Positions 29,090 to 39,845 are shown, counted from the stretch's first letter. The stretch: DNA of 64,000 nucleotides from an uncultured Chloroflexia bacterium (GCA_963712745.1 CAVQJC010000001.1:128001-192000), one strand, 5' to 3'. Notes: generated by a model from the sequence alone, not told the origin. Program-made: numbers and translations.

Positions 29090-31515
29090 CGCACCTGGCC
29101 TCCAAACCGCGCCGGTTCCTGGGCTCGTCCATGCCGGTCCGGCTGGCCTGGCAGGCGCTCGGTGCGGAGTGGCTCGATGACCGCTCGATGCGAGTCGATG
29201 TCCGCGCAGAACGCTTCGAACCGTCACTCGAGGTGCTCACCGGCGTACCCAGTGAGATCGCGGCAGGCCCCGTCGGGGAGCACAAGGACGCCACGGTGCA
29301 GGTCGACGCCTGGAGCGACAACGTCATCCGCGTACGCTGGAGCCCAGGCGGGGTGCTCCCCGATGGCGCGACGCCGATGCTGGTGGGCGCACCCGAGGCG
29401 CTGGGTCAGTTCGAGCGTCTCGACGGTGACGAGGATGGAGCATTCGGCCTGCGTACAGGGGCCTGGACGGTATGGGTCGAACCCGATCCGATCCGGCTCG
29501 TCGTACGTGACCGGGATGGCGCCGTCGTCGCAGTGACCCGTGCCCCCGACCACGAGGCTATCCGGCGCTCGGATGGCATGTGGGACCGGACCGCGCAGCG
29601 ATGGCTGTACCTCAACCGCCACGCCTATCCGCTCGGCTCGACCGAAGAAGGGGTCGACCGGTGCGCCTTCGTCACCTTCGAGCTGCGGCCCGACGAGCGC
29701 GTCTATGGCCTCGGCGAGAGCTTCGGACGGGTCGAGAAGACCGGCCTCGAGCAGCGACTGTGGGTGGCGGAGGCCTTCACCAACAACTCGCCGGTGGTGT
29801 ACAAGCCCGTGCCCTTCTGCCTGTCCACACGCGGCTACGGCATCTACGTCAACAGCTCACACGCGATGCAGACACACATCGGCGACCTGGACCCTACGGC
29901 GCTATCGTGGATCGTCGAAGACACCGACGTGCTCGACTTCTTCATCGTCCTGGGGCCCGGGCTGCCCGACGTCCTGCGTCGCTACACCGACCTCACCGGC
30001 ACGCCCGCGGTGCCTCCACGCTGGTCGTTCGGGCTGTGGCTCAGCCGCTGCACGTACACCTCCCAGGACGAGGTGCTGGAGGTGGCGCGGGAGGCGCGGG
30101 AGCGCGACATCCCCGCAGACGTGATGCACATCGACACCGGCTGGTTCGAGAACGACTGGGTCTGTGACTGGCGCTTCGGTTCACGCTTCCCGGACCCCGC
30201 CGCGATGGTCGCGGAGCTGCGCGACATGGGTTTCGCGGTGACTCTCTGGCAGTGGCCCTACGTCGGCGTCGACTCGCCGGCCTTCGCCGAGGCGCGTGAC
30301 GCTGGTGTGCTGGTCCGCCGTCGCGGCGGTGGGGTGCTCGTGCTGCCCGGCCGCAACGGACCCGACGTGGGGGTCATCGACTACTCCGACCCGGCCGCAG
30401 CGCGCTGGCTCCAGGATCGCCTGCGGCCGCTACTTGAGATGGGTGTCGCCGCGATCAAGGCGGATTTCGGCGAAGCTGCTCCGGCCGATGGTGTCTACGC
30501 CGGCATCGCCTCGGAGGCAGCCCACAACGCCTATCCCCTCCTCTACAACCGAGCCGTCTGGGAGGCATCCGAGGGTGTACGGGGATCGGAGGACACGGTC
30601 ATCTGGGCGCGCTCCGCATGGGCCGGCTCGCAGCGCTATCCGCTGCACTGGTCCGGCGATGGCCTCGCTCGCCATGAGGATCTTGCGTGCGTGCTGCGCG
30701 CGGCGCTCTCGATGGGGCTCTCAGGCTTCCCCTTCTACAGCCATGACATCGGCGGTTTCCTGGGGGAACCCAGCCCGGAGCTCTACGTCCGCTGGGCGCA
30801 GTTGGGGCTGTTCTCGTCGCACGCCCGCACGCACGGCCTGGGTCCACGCGAACCGTGGGCCTTCGGCGCAGAGGCCGAAACCATCGTGCGCCGCTATGCC
30901 CAGCTCAGATACGAACTGATGCCGTACTTGTGGAGCGAGGCGCTCGAGTGCGGACATACCAGTCTGCCCATGCTGCGGCACCTGGTTCTCGCCTACCCTG
31001 ACGACCCGACGGTCAGGGCTATCGAGGACGAATTCCTCCTCGGAGGTTCCCTGCTGGTGGCGCCCGTCCTTGACGAACGGGATGCCAGGGACGTGTACCT
31101 GCCACACGGCGAGTGGGTCGAGTGGCACACCGGTGAGGTGCTCCAGGGCGGATGCTGGAGACACGTGTCAGCACCTCTCGAGGTCCTGCCCATCTACCTG
31201 CGCGGAGGCTCCATCATCCCGCTCGGGCCGCGCGCGAGGTATTCGGGCGAGCAGCGGCTCGATCCGTTGCGGCTGCTCATCCCAGAGCCTGGACGGGCTG
31301 GTGGATACACCGTGCGTGACCCGGAAGGCGACATCCATGTGGCCTACGTCAAAGACGGCGACCGGCTCGAGGTCGACGTGACCGGAGCACGTGGCGAAGT
31401 CTCAGTGGAGGTCCCAGGCCGCTCGGCGTGGGAGGAGGAGAGGTCCTCGTCGAACGGGCACGACGGCGGGCGGCGGCGCCTCCTGGTACGGGTGCAGCCG
31501 GAGCGTTCGTCTTGA
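29086..31515 (+). CDS. GH31 glycosidase (alpha-xylosidase YicI-like)
   Basis: YGLGE, YKPVPF, HIDTGW, KADFGE (nucleophile), WSGD, SHDIGGF and H.RTHG. Confidence 0.9.
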   Translation: MTHLASKPRRFLGSSMPVRLAWQALGAEWLDDRSMRVDVRAERFEPSLEVLTGVPSEIAAGPVGEHKDATVQVDAWSDNVIRVRWSPGGVLPDGATPMLVGAPEALGQFERLDGDEDGAFGLRTGAWTVWVEPDPIRLVVRDRDGAVVAVTRAPDHEAIRRSDGMWDRTAQRWLYLNRHAYPLGSTEEGVDRCAFVTFELRPDERVYGLGESFGRVEKTGLEQRLWVAEAFTNNSPVVYKPVPFCLSTRGYGIYVNSSHAMQTHIGDLDPTALSWIVEDTDVLDFFIVLGPGLPDVLRRYTDLTGTPAVPPRWSFGLWLSRCTYTSQDEVLEVAREARERDIPADVMHIDTGWFENDWVCDWRFGSRFPDPAAMVAELRDMGFAVTLWQWPYVGVDSPAFAEARDAGVLVRRRGGGVLVLPGRNGPDVGVIDYSDPAAARWLQDRLRPLLEMGVAAIKADFGEAAPADGVYAGIASEAAHNAYPLLYNRAVWEASEGVRGSEDTVIWARSAWAGSQRYPLHWSGDGLARHEDLACVLRAALSMGLSGFPFYSHDIGGFLGEPSPELYVRWAQLGLFSSHARTHGLGPREPWAFGAEAETIVRRYAQLRYELMPYLWSEALECGHTSLPMLRHLVLAYPDDPTVRAIEDEFLLGGSLLVAPVLDERDARDVYLPHGEWVEWHTGEVLQGGCWRHVSAPLEVLPIYLRGGSIIPLGPRARYSGEQRLDPLRLLIPEPGRAGGYTVRDPEGDIHVAYVKDGDRLEVDVTGARGEVSVEVPGRSAWEEERSSSNGHDGGRRRLLVRVQPERSS

Positions 31516-31555
31516 CCATCCAGGCCCGCTCGAGGACAGTGCTGAGAGGGTCCGC

Positions 31556-31960
31556 ATGACCGATAGGCTCCAGGCCCACATCGACGAGTTCCGGACGCAC
31601 GACGGGAAGTTGGGCGGTGATTTCGAGGGTTCCTCGACGCTGCTGCTGCACCACCTGGGCGCGAAGACCGGCATCGAGCGCGTGTGCCCCCTGGGGTACC
31701 AGCTTGTCGATGGTGACTACGCCGTCTTCGGTACCAACTGGGGCAGGCCCGAGCATCCGGCCTGGTACTACAACGTCCAGGCCCACCCGGAGACGACGAT
31801 CGAAGTCGGCAGCGAGGCGTTCCCCGTCAGGGCTCGCGTGGTGCAAGGTGAGGAACGGGACCGGATCTGGGCTCGCCAGGCCCAGCTCGTGCCTGCCATG
31901 GGCGAATACGGGCGACGAGCCGGTCGCAAGATCCCCGTGGTGATCCTGGAGCCGATCTGA
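31556..31960 (+). CDS. Deazaflavin (F420)-dependent nitroreductase family oxidoreductase
   Basis: IDEFR..GK.GG.F, GAKTG..R..PL, HPAWYYN..AHP and R.IPVVIL. Confidence 0.85.
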   Translation: MTDRLQAHIDEFRTHDGKLGGDFEGSSTLLLHHLGAKTGIERVCPLGYQLVDGDYAVFGTNWGRPEHPAWYYNVQAHPETTIEVGSEAFPVRARVVQGEERDRIWARQAQLVPAMGEYGRRAGRKIPVVILEPI

Positions 31961-32015
31961 CCGAGAAGGGCGATAGGCGTGGTCGTCGACTGCAGCGGGT
32001 CCTCCTCGTCGGCAG

Positions 32016-32210
32016 ACGGCGGCTCAACAACGCGAGGCGGCGGATCTACTGGAGCTGGCCCCGACCGACCGCATCCAGTCGGTCACGGATGCTGAAGACG
32101 GGGTTGCCCAGAGTGGCCTGGAGTCGCCCACAGAGGGCATCCCACGAGGGGATGGTGGCTCCGGGCGCGCCCGGAGGGATTTCGAACCCCGACCAATCGG
32201 CCCACAGCCC
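32016..32210. mobile_element. att-like module D: integrase C-terminal stump, arm-like repeat, flank and chimeric tRNA remnant
   Basis: 32016-32060 encodes TAAQQREAADLLELA; CAGTCGGTCACG at 32076; 72 bp identical to 1-72; then a tRNA-like GGCGCGCCCGGAGGGATTTCGAACCCCGACC. Confidence 0.8.
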
Positions 32211-32366
32211 GATTTCGCGAGACGGTGGCGGCGCGAGACCTGTGGCAGAGGACGAGACGGGGCGGCTCTGGCGGGGCGGCCCCAAGGTCCGCGGAGTAGG
32301 CGAGGAGGACGTCAGGATGGTGGGGGCGCGGAACTCGACGCTCGAACCAGATAGCAGCCACCGCGT

Positions 32367-33473
32367 CTACCCCCTGCGCGTGCCGAACCCTACGCGTTGC
32401 GCGTGCGGTCCGGTGGAGCCCCGGAGGACTAACGTGGTGCGCAGTACCACTGTCTGCGCCGGCTCGTCTACCTTCCGGATGCGCCGAAGCAACTGCCGTG
32501 TGGCTGTCACGCCGATGTCGTGGACAGGCTGCGCGATGACCGTCAACGGTGGCTCGATGAAGGTCGCCCAAGGCAGATCATCGAAGCTCACGACGGAAAT
32601 GTCCCCCGGAATCTTGAGCCCCAGTTCCCGCACGGCGTCGAGCGCTCCCAAGGTCATGGTTTCGTCCGTGGCCACGATCGCGGTCGGCGCCGACGGCGAG
32701 GCCAACGCCTTCAACGTCGCTCGACGGGCGTCCGCACGCTCGTACCTCGCCTGGAGGATGAGCGCGTCGGCCACGGGCAGACCTGCCTCCCGCATCGCGG
32801 AAGCCCAACCAAGGAGGCGCAGCCGGCTCGGTATCCCGCTATTGGGAGCAAGGCGCAAAGTAGAGAGTTCGACCGCCGGCATGGCGGAACTCGCTTCCAC
32901 CACGATGGCCACGCGCGAATGGCCGAGACGAACAAGATGTCGGACCGCGTTGCGCGCCGCCGCCGCGTTGTCGACCACGACCATGTCGCAATCCAGCGCG
33001 GGTGCGCCACGATCGAACAAGACGAGGGGAATCCCACGCTCCCCGACCTCCTGCAGGTGCGCGGTCTCCATTGGGTCGGCGGGCGCGACCAGCATCCCAT
33101 CCACCCGCTTGTCGAGGAGCACACCGACGGCTGCGCGCTCGGCCGCGAGATCCTCGTCCGTATTCGTGAGGATGACCTCGAACCCCGCGCCATGTGCCGT
33201 GTCCGCGATCCCCCGGACGGCCTGCGAGAAAAAGGCGAGCTGGATGTCCGACACCACCACCCCGAGCGTGCGGGTGCTCCCCGAGCGGATTCCGCGCGCG
33301 AGAGTGTTAGGCCGGTACCGCAGGCGGCTCGCGGCGGTGAGCACTCGTTCGTGCGCGCCCGCGCTCGCGGGCCCATAGCCGCCAAGGACGCGTGCCGCGG
33401 TCGCCCGGGACACGCCGGCCTCATGGGCTACGTCATCAAGGGTGGGATGTCCGGTTCGGGACCGTGGGCTCAT
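32367..33473 (-). CDS. LacI family regulator
   Basis: TLDDVAHEAGVSRAT, YRPNTLAR, IPGDISVVSFDD and PPLTVIAQP. Confidence 0.94.
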   Translation of the reverse strand: MSPRSRTGHPTLDDVAHEAGVSRATAARVLGGYGPASAGAHERVLTAASRLRYRPNTLARGIRSGSTRTLGVVVSDIQLAFFSQAVRGIADTAHGAGFEVILTNTDEDLAAERAAVGVLLDKRVDGMLVAPADPMETAHLQEVGERGIPLVLFDRGAPALDCDMVVVDNAAAARNAVRHLVRLGHSRVAIVVEASSAMPAVELSTLRLAPNSGIPSRLRLLGWASAMREAGLPVADALILQARYERADARRATLKALASPSAPTAIVATDETMTLGALDAVRELGLKIPGDISVVSFDDLPWATFIEPPLTVIAQPVHDIGVTATRQLLRRIRKVDEPAQTVVLRTTLVLRGSTGPHAQRVGFGTRRG

Positions 33474-33535
33474 TGGTCACTCGATTACAGCGTAGCGGGG
33501 TCACCGCCATCGCGACACAGGCACGGGTGCTCCCG

Positions 33536-34426
33536 CTACTTGCCAAAGCCCTCGGATAGACCCCGGATGAACTGTCGCTGGCTGATCAGGAACAGGATGA
33601 TGATGGGGATCGAGGCGAGGACGAGGGCCGCGAACAGGACCGGCCAATCGGAGAGGACCCGTCCCTTCATCAGGAGCAGGCCCACCGGCAGCGTCTTGAG
33701 GTCGGTATCGTTGATGAAGACGAGCGCGAACGCGAACTCGTTCCACGCGAACAGCGCCTGAAGCAGTGCCGCGGACACGATGATGGGGCGCGACAGCGGC
33801 ATGATGATGAACCAGAACGCCTGCCAGTTGCTCGCGCCATCCACGATGGCTGCATCCTCCATCTCGCGCGATATGGTGATCATGTAGGCGCGGATGAGGA
33901 ACACCGTGAACGGGATGCGAAACGCCGTGTACAGGATGATGAGCGCCCAGTAGGTGTTGAAGATGCCGAGTGTCTGGAGGAGCCTGAACAGCGGGATGAG
34001 CGCCACCGCGGGGGCCAGCATCATGCCCCCCAAGATGAACACGGTGATGGCTCTGGCGAAGGGGATCTGGTGGCGCGCAAGGGCGTACGCGGCCATCGAG
34101 CTGAACAGGACTACGGTGACCACCGAGGCGCTCGTGACGATGACGCTGTTGAACAGGTACCGCACGACACCCAGGTCCCATGCCTGACGATAGTTCTCCC
34201 AGCGCAGCTCGGATGGCAGGCCCCACGGGTTGCCGAACAGCTCCAGGTTCGATTTGAACCCGTTGAGGATCGCCCATGCCATGGGGTAGACGATGGCAAC
34301 GACGAGTACGATCAGCACGACCCAGGCGACGGTGCGGGTGATGGCAGGCCCGACGCCGATACCGGTCCGCGATACACGTGCGACGCCGGACCTGCTCGAA
34401 GGATCGCGAGTGATGCCCCCAGCCAT
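33536..34426 (-). CDS. Carbohydrate ABC permease (MalG-like)
   Basis: EDAAIVDGAS (EAA loop), WNEF and TLPVGL. Confidence 0.92.
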   Translation of the reverse strand: MAGGITRDPSSRSGVARVSRTGIGVGPAITRTVAWVVLIVLVVAIVYPMAWAILNGFKSNLELFGNPWGLPSELRWENYRQAWDLGVVRYLFNSVIVTSASVVTVVLFSSMAAYALARHQIPFARAITVFILGGMMLAPAVALIPLFRLLQTLGIFNTYWALIILYTAFRIPFTVFLIRAYMITISREMEDAAIVDGASNWQAFWFIIMPLSRPIIVSAALLQALFAWNEFAFALVFINDTDLKTLPVGLLLMKGRVLSDWPVLFAALVLASIPIIILFLISQRQFIRGLSEGFGK

Positions 34427-35316
34427 CAGAACTGCACCATCCTGCCGCGGGCGATGAAGAGCTGGACGATCGCCGCCCCCATGGTGATGACGAAGATGAC
34501 CACCGCGATCGCGGATGCGTAGCCGAACTGGTCGTTGAAGAAGGCGGACTTGTAGAGCCAGGACGCCAGGGTGTGGCTGGAATTGTTGGGCCCGCCAGCC
34601 GTCATCACCCATACCTCGTTGAAGACGAGGAACGCGCCCGAGATCGTGATGATCGTCGCGAGCAGGGTCATCTGGCGGACGAGCGGCACCGTGATGTGAC
34701 GGAATGCGGCGACCCGGGACGCCCCATCGAGATAGGCAGACTCATACAGGTCTCGAGGGATCCGCTGCATGGCCACGATGAACAGCACCATCATGTAGCC
34801 CACGTTCTGCCACTGGCTCATGGCGATGATCGACCAGATCGCTGTAGCGGATTCGCCGAGCCACGAGTGCTTCAGTCCCTCGAGGCCCACCAAGTCCAGG
34901 AACCCGTTGACGAGTCCGATCTGCGGGTTGTAGATGAACGTGAACAGGAGGCCAACGACGGTGAGCGACAGCACGGCCGGAACGAAGTAGACCGTGCGCA
35001 GGAAACCCTTGAGCGGGCCGTGCACGAGCTCTTCGAGGACCGCCGCGAGCACGAGTCCGCCGGCGACCTGGCACACGACCGAGACGACCGCATAGGCGGT
35101 GTTGTTGAAGAGCGCTCCCCAGGCGACCGAATCCGCCGCCAACTCACGATAATTGTCGAGCCCCACGAACGCTTCCTGCGTGAACGGGCTCCACCGGTAG
35201 AGGCTCAGGCGGAGGTTCTCGAGGATCGGGTAGTAGGCGAAGACCGCGAGCAGCACGACTGCAGGAGCGACCCATAGGAGCATGGACCATCGGCCGATTC
35301 GGGTCGTTCCGGGCAT
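34426..35316 (-). CDS. Carbohydrate ABC permease (MalF-like)
   Basis: FVGLDNY, YESAYLDGAS and T.GGP. Confidence 0.92.
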   Translation of the reverse strand: MPGTTRIGRWSMLLWVAPAVVLLAVFAYYPILENLRLSLYRWSPFTQEAFVGLDNYRELAADSVAWGALFNNTAYAVVSVVCQVAGGLVLAAVLEELVHGPLKGFLRTVYFVPAVLSLTVVGLLFTFIYNPQIGLVNGFLDLVGLEGLKHSWLGESATAIWSIIAMSQWQNVGYMMVLFIVAMQRIPRDLYESAYLDGASRVAAFRHITVPLVRQMTLLATIITISGAFLVFNEVWVMTAGGPNNSSHTLASWLYKSAFFNDQFGYASAIAVVIFVITMGAAIVQLFIARGRMVQF

Positions 35317-35383
35317 TGCCTGGTCGTTACTGCTGCAGCGATCGTGCGGGAGGCAGGGTCACCGCCTCCCGCGCTCTGGTGGG

Positions 35384-36716
35384 CTATTCGGCGGTGGAGG
35401 CCTTGGCGCTGACCGCCGCCGCCTGGACATCCGCGACCACGTCGGCGGGCGTCTTCGTCCCGTCGAGCATCGCCTGGACGCCGTCGAGGTACGCATTGGC
35501 GACATCGATGTGGGTCACGGTGTCGAGCCAGATGGCCATGCTCGACGCCTCGTTGATGTCCTCCACCACGCGCACGTTCTGCGGGAACGTGTTCTCGGCG
35601 GTCGCGGAGCCGATCGATCGGGCTCAGCCAGCCTAGCTGCGAGGTGAGCTGCTGGGCGTTGTCAAGGCTCGTAAGGAACTTGAGGAAGTCGATCGCGATA
35701 TCGGTGTGCTCGGAGCTCGGGTTGACGAGGAAACCGTCGGGGGCCCCTTCGAGCGTCCCCGTGTCGCCAGCGGCATCCGCCGGCGGAGGGAGCTTGATGA
35801 AGTCCCAGTTCGCAGCGATCTCGGGGGGCGCCCCACCGGACTCGGTGAGGACCTGGTACTCGACCGCCTCGATGTAGTGCATGGGGGAGTTGCCGGTCAG
35901 GAAGTTCGCCTGGGCGAGCTCGTGTGAGACCCCGTTCGCACCCTGTGTCAGGCAGCGGCTGTTGATGTCAGCGAAAGCCTGAAGTGCCGCCAGGTAGCCA
36001 GGGTCGGTGAAGTCGCCGGTGGCGGGATCGTAGTCGGTGGCGAGGATGTCCGCTGGGACGTAGTAGGGGTTGAGCTGGGTCATGAAGTGGATCGCCGGCC
36101 AGCCGAACTGGTTGCCGAAGGCGATCGGGTCCGTGATGCCGTTCGCCTTGAAGGCGTCACAGGCGGAGAGGAGCTCTTCCAGCGTCGTCGGGACCGCGAC
36201 CCCGTTGTCCTCGAACATCTGGTTGTTGAAGACGAGGTACTTCGCGTCGAGCGTGATGGGCACGCCGTAGAGCTGGCCGTCATAGGTGTACGCGTCGAGC
36301 GCGGCGGGGATGAAGCTCGCCTGCCAGTCTCCGGTCATATCCTCGGTGAGGTCCTGCGCGAGTCCACCGCGGACGAACTTCTTGGTGAAATCGCCGGCCC
36401 ACGAGAAGTAGACGTCCGGCAGGGTGTTCGAGGCGGCCAGGACCCGTAGCTTGTCCTTGACGCCCTGGTCGGTCTCGGCTGTGACGTCGATGGTGACTCC
36501 GGGGTTCGCCTCCTCGTAGGCGGCGACCACCGAGTCGAAGTAGGGCGTGTAGCGGGGGTCGCCATACTTGTGCAGGAAGCTGATGGTGCCCTCGAGATCG
36601 TCCTGGGCGACGGCGGCGGGCACGACCGAGACGGCCGCGACGATGCCAAGGGTCGTTGCTGCTATCAGAGCGCGGAGAACTCGCCACCGCGGGCTGCCGT
36701 TGGCTTGTGATCTCAT
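35384..36716 (-). CDS. Carbohydrate ABC substrate-binding protein, apparent frameshift near 35615
   Basis: Signal peptide, PDVY and YDGQLYGVP; C-terminus (DGTKTPADV) lies in ORF 35384-35575. Confidence 0.82.
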
Positions 36717-36741
36717 GAGATACCTCCTCTACCTGCTGCTC

Positions 36742-37598
36742 CTAGGTGCTGGCCGGAGCCCCGACGGGTGGCCCATCGGTGGTCCTCGGCGCAGGCTGAA
36801 CGTCCTCGATCTGGTGGCCAAAGGCCCCGTACGAGGTACATATGGTGGCCGCGAGCTCCGCGGCAGATGCGAGCGAGACGTCGAACGGCTCGTCGCGAAT
36901 GATCCCCACCAGGACGCGGGCGATGAACGCGTCGCCTGCTCCGAGCGTGTCGAGGACCCGGGCGGGGAAGGCTGGCTGTCTCAAGATTCGTCGGCCGTCG
37001 GAAAGCAGTGCTTCCGAGGCACCGCGGGTAGCGAGGACCAGCCGGGGCCCGGCCGCATGGATCAGCTCGATCCAGGCCTTCGCGTCGTCATCGCCGAGGT
37101 CAGCCAGGCTGAACTCGGCGATGGTCACGTGCGGCAGGATCGGATCCAGGTACGCACGGTCACGGCGGACCGAGAAGTCGAACGAGAGCGGCGCCACTTC
37201 AGCGAGCAGGTCGAGCTGGTCCTCGAGGTAGCTGGACTCGCTGCTGTGGATGATGCTGGCCTGGCTCAGGAAAGCGAGGTCGTCTTCGGAGAGCTGAAAG
37301 CACGACACCCCCGTGTATCCCCACCAAGGAACTCGCGGTTTCCGTGGACGAGCCCCACATCCGCGTATGCGTTGGGCCCCGACACGACGCGGACATGCGA
37401 AGCGTCGACTTGCTCGGCGTGGATGACTTCGAGGACATGGCGTCCGGCACGGTCGTCGCCCACAACACCGACGTAGGCGGCCTTTATACCTGCTCGCTGG
37501 GCGTGAACCGCCACATTGAGGGCTTGTCCACCAGGAAACATCACGCCCAGATCGCGGTAGCGGTCGACGACGTTGTCGCCTACGCCAGCCAGCTGCAT
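36742..37598 (-). CDS. frlD: PfkB-family fructoselysine 6-kinase-like protein, apparent frameshift near 37310
   Basis: GDNVVDRY...PGG.ALNVAV N-terminus and DTLGAGDAFIA C-terminus in different frames. Confidence 0.78.
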
Positions 37599-37600
37599 GG

Positions 37601-38650
37601 CTAGTACGGCACCTTGAACATGTAGCGGCGATTCTGAAGGTCGTGGCCGGTGGCCGCCTCGAAGTGCTGGGCGAGCCGGCTCATGACCGCGTCGAGCGCG
37701 AAGTGGGAAGCGAACGGCCGCATCTCCGCGTCGACGCCGGGCAGGCTCAGGTCGCGCGAATCGACGTAGAACGCGCGGCGCGTGAAGCGCTCGAGGAACG
37801 CCTTTGCGCGCTCGTCGATGGGACGGGTCGACTCCTCGCCCAGGTACTGGATGACCGCCGTGTCCTCGGTCACCACCTCCATCGCTCCATGCAGGAACTC
37901 CGCCGAGTCGAAGCTCGCGGCGTCCTTCCACTGCATCTCCTGCAAGTAGCACATGGCAAGGCAGTACGCGGTCCCCTGGTTTGGGCCCGCACCGATGATG
38001 TAGATGACCGGCGCATCCCGGAGCTCGCGCGCGATCGTCGCGTTGAGGTCCTCGGTCTCCTGGCACGCGGTGAGCAGCGCGGTTGGAAGTGCCGCCAGTG
38101 TCCCGATATGGTGGTCATATTCCGCGGCGTCCATATCACCCGACTCCCTCAGCAATGCGAGGCCGAGTTGCTCGAGCTGGATGCCCTTGGGGTCGCCGAC
38201 CCCGGAGTCGTCCTCGTAGCTCCACGCGATGTCAGCGGCCGAGGCCAGCGGGCTGTCCGCCTTCCTCGTTACCGCGGCGACCGTGGCGCCACGCTCCCGC
38301 GCGAAGCGGGCGGCCTCGACCACCTCGGGAGTGGTCCCGGTGTTCGAGGCGAGGACCGCGAGCGACGCGTCCCCTAGACCGGCCGGATCGCGGTATATGA
38401 ACTCGTTCGCGGAGAGAGCGAAGGCGGAAAGGCGGGTGGCCCTGCGCTCGAGCAGGTACTGGAGGCCGGCGTGGGCCAGGAGGCCCCCACCGCTGCCCAA
38501 CAGGTACAGGTTGCGAAGGCCGCGCCTGAACGACTCGGTGGCGAACTCCTCGATCTCCGCGCGCTGGCCGAGCGCACGGAGCATGCCGGGTCGGGGCTCG
38601 GTCGGGAGCGGCTTGAGCTGGGTGACAGGCGGCAGGACATCTGTGGTCAT
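37601..38650 (-). CDS. frlB: SIS-domain fructosamine-6-phosphate deglycase
   Basis: GSGGG, SNTGTTPE, CYLQEMQW, EFLHGAME and RRYM. Confidence 0.85.
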   Translation of the reverse strand: MTTDVLPPVTQLKPLPTEPRPGMLRALGQRAEIEEFATESFRRGLRNLYLLGSGGGLLAHAGLQYLLERRATRLSAFALSANEFIYRDPAGLGDASLAVLASNTGTTPEVVEAARFARERGATVAAVTRKADSPLASAADIAWSYEDDSGVGDPKGIQLEQLGLALLRESGDMDAAEYDHHIGTLAALPTALLTACQETEDLNATIARELRDAPVIYIIGAGPNQGTAYCLAMCYLQEMQWKDAASFDSAEFLHGAMEVVTEDTAVIQYLGEESTRPIDERAKAFLERFTRRAFYVDSRDLSLPGVDAEMRPFASHFALDAVMSRLAQHFEAATGHDLQNRRYMFKVPY

Positions 38651-38687
38651 CGGCAGGTGGCTCCTCGGGTGCGGCGAAGGTGATGTA

Positions 38688-39758
38688 TCACGGCCAAGTC
38701 GCGTCAGGGCCAGCCGCCAGGATGCGGTGACCCATGTAGACCCGCTCGTCGAGGTCGGTGATGCCACGCAGAAGCGCGGAATAGACCGTGAACCATTGGA
38801 GGGGCACGAGCAGCACGAACGGCGCGAACTGGGGGTGAAGATCGCCGTAGTCGGCGGCATCGAACACGAGCACGCGGGACCCGCCGGCCTCCGCGGACGC
38901 GATCGAGCGTTCCGTCATCGAGCGCGAGGCATCGGTGCCGAGTAGAGCGACGATATCCAGCCGCGAGCGCTCGAGGGCCTCGACCGGGCCGTGGCGGAAC
39001 TCGGCGGACTCGATGATGGAGCCCGCCACGCGGATGTTCTCCATGAACACCGTCAGTGCGAACTTGTAGCCGAGACCGTACAGCGGTCCACTCGCGAGCA
39101 CGGTAATCGCCGTGGCGCTCAGGAACGAGCGCGCCCGCTCGAGGCCAGCAACGTCGCCGTCGCGATATGCGCGGCCGAGCAGAGCCGGCAGCTCCGGAAG
39201 TTGAGCGAGGGCACGTTCAGCATCCTCGCGGTTGGCACTTTCGGTCTGACGGGCGAGTTCCAGTGCAAACATCGTGACCGCCGCGAGAGGCAGGATGTAC
39301 AGGCCCGTGGAGTCGTAGTCGATCAGCTCGGTGGCCTCGGCGGCCATGGGACTTTGGCCACGGTGGGCGATAGCCACGGTGTGCGCTCCGGCGTCATTCG
39401 CGTGCCGGAGCGCTGCCAGGGTGTCCTCTGTGGCGCCAGAGTAGGAAGCCAGGAACACGAGTGACCGACTACCCAGCCGCAGCGGGCTACGCCAGATCAG
39501 CTCATAGCTCGTGAGGACGTCGGACGGGACCGGGGTGTAGCGGTCGGTCAGGTACTTGCCGGAAAACATGTTCGACCAAGAGCCGCCACTGCCCACGAAG
39601 TAGACATGGTCGAACTCGCCCGCGGCGGTTCGGCGAGCCAATTGCCGAATCCGCTCACCCTGCTCCGAGAGGAACGTCGCGAGGTCGGTCTCCAGGCGGG
39701 GTGCCGTGAACAGATCACTGTGCTTCGCGGCCTCCACCAGTGTGGACAACTCAGGCAT
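38688..39758 (-). CDS. Second SIS-domain deglycase (FrlB/Gfr-like)
   Basis: VGSGGS, SYSGATEDT, MEN, EFRHGP and RVYM; GGAGGT RBS. Confidence 0.82.
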   Translation of the reverse strand: MPELSTLVEAAKHSDLFTAPRLETDLATFLSEQGERIRQLARRTAAGEFDHVYFVGSGGSWSNMFSGKYLTDRYTPVPSDVLTSYELIWRSPLRLGSRSLVFLASYSGATEDTLAALRHANDAGAHTVAIAHRGQSPMAAEATELIDYDSTGLYILPLAAVTMFALELARQTESANREDAERALAQLPELPALLGRAYRDGDVAGLERARSFLSATAITVLASGPLYGLGYKFALTVFMENIRVAGSIIESAEFRHGPVEALERSRLDIVALLGTDASRSMTERSIASAEAGGSRVLVFDAADYGDLHPQFAPFVLLVPLQWFTVYSALLRGITDLDERVYMGHRILAAGPDATWP

Positions 39759-39845
39759 CGACCTACCTCCGGTAGTACGCGAGGACCGCTGCATAGGCGT
39801 GAGTCGAGTCATCGCACGCCGTTCGAACTTGCGGGCCATGCCATT

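Noticed and set aside
32318-32350. TGGTGGGGGCGCGG..CTCGAACC as another tRNA remnant
   Set aside because: Spacing and stems fit poorly; too short to support.
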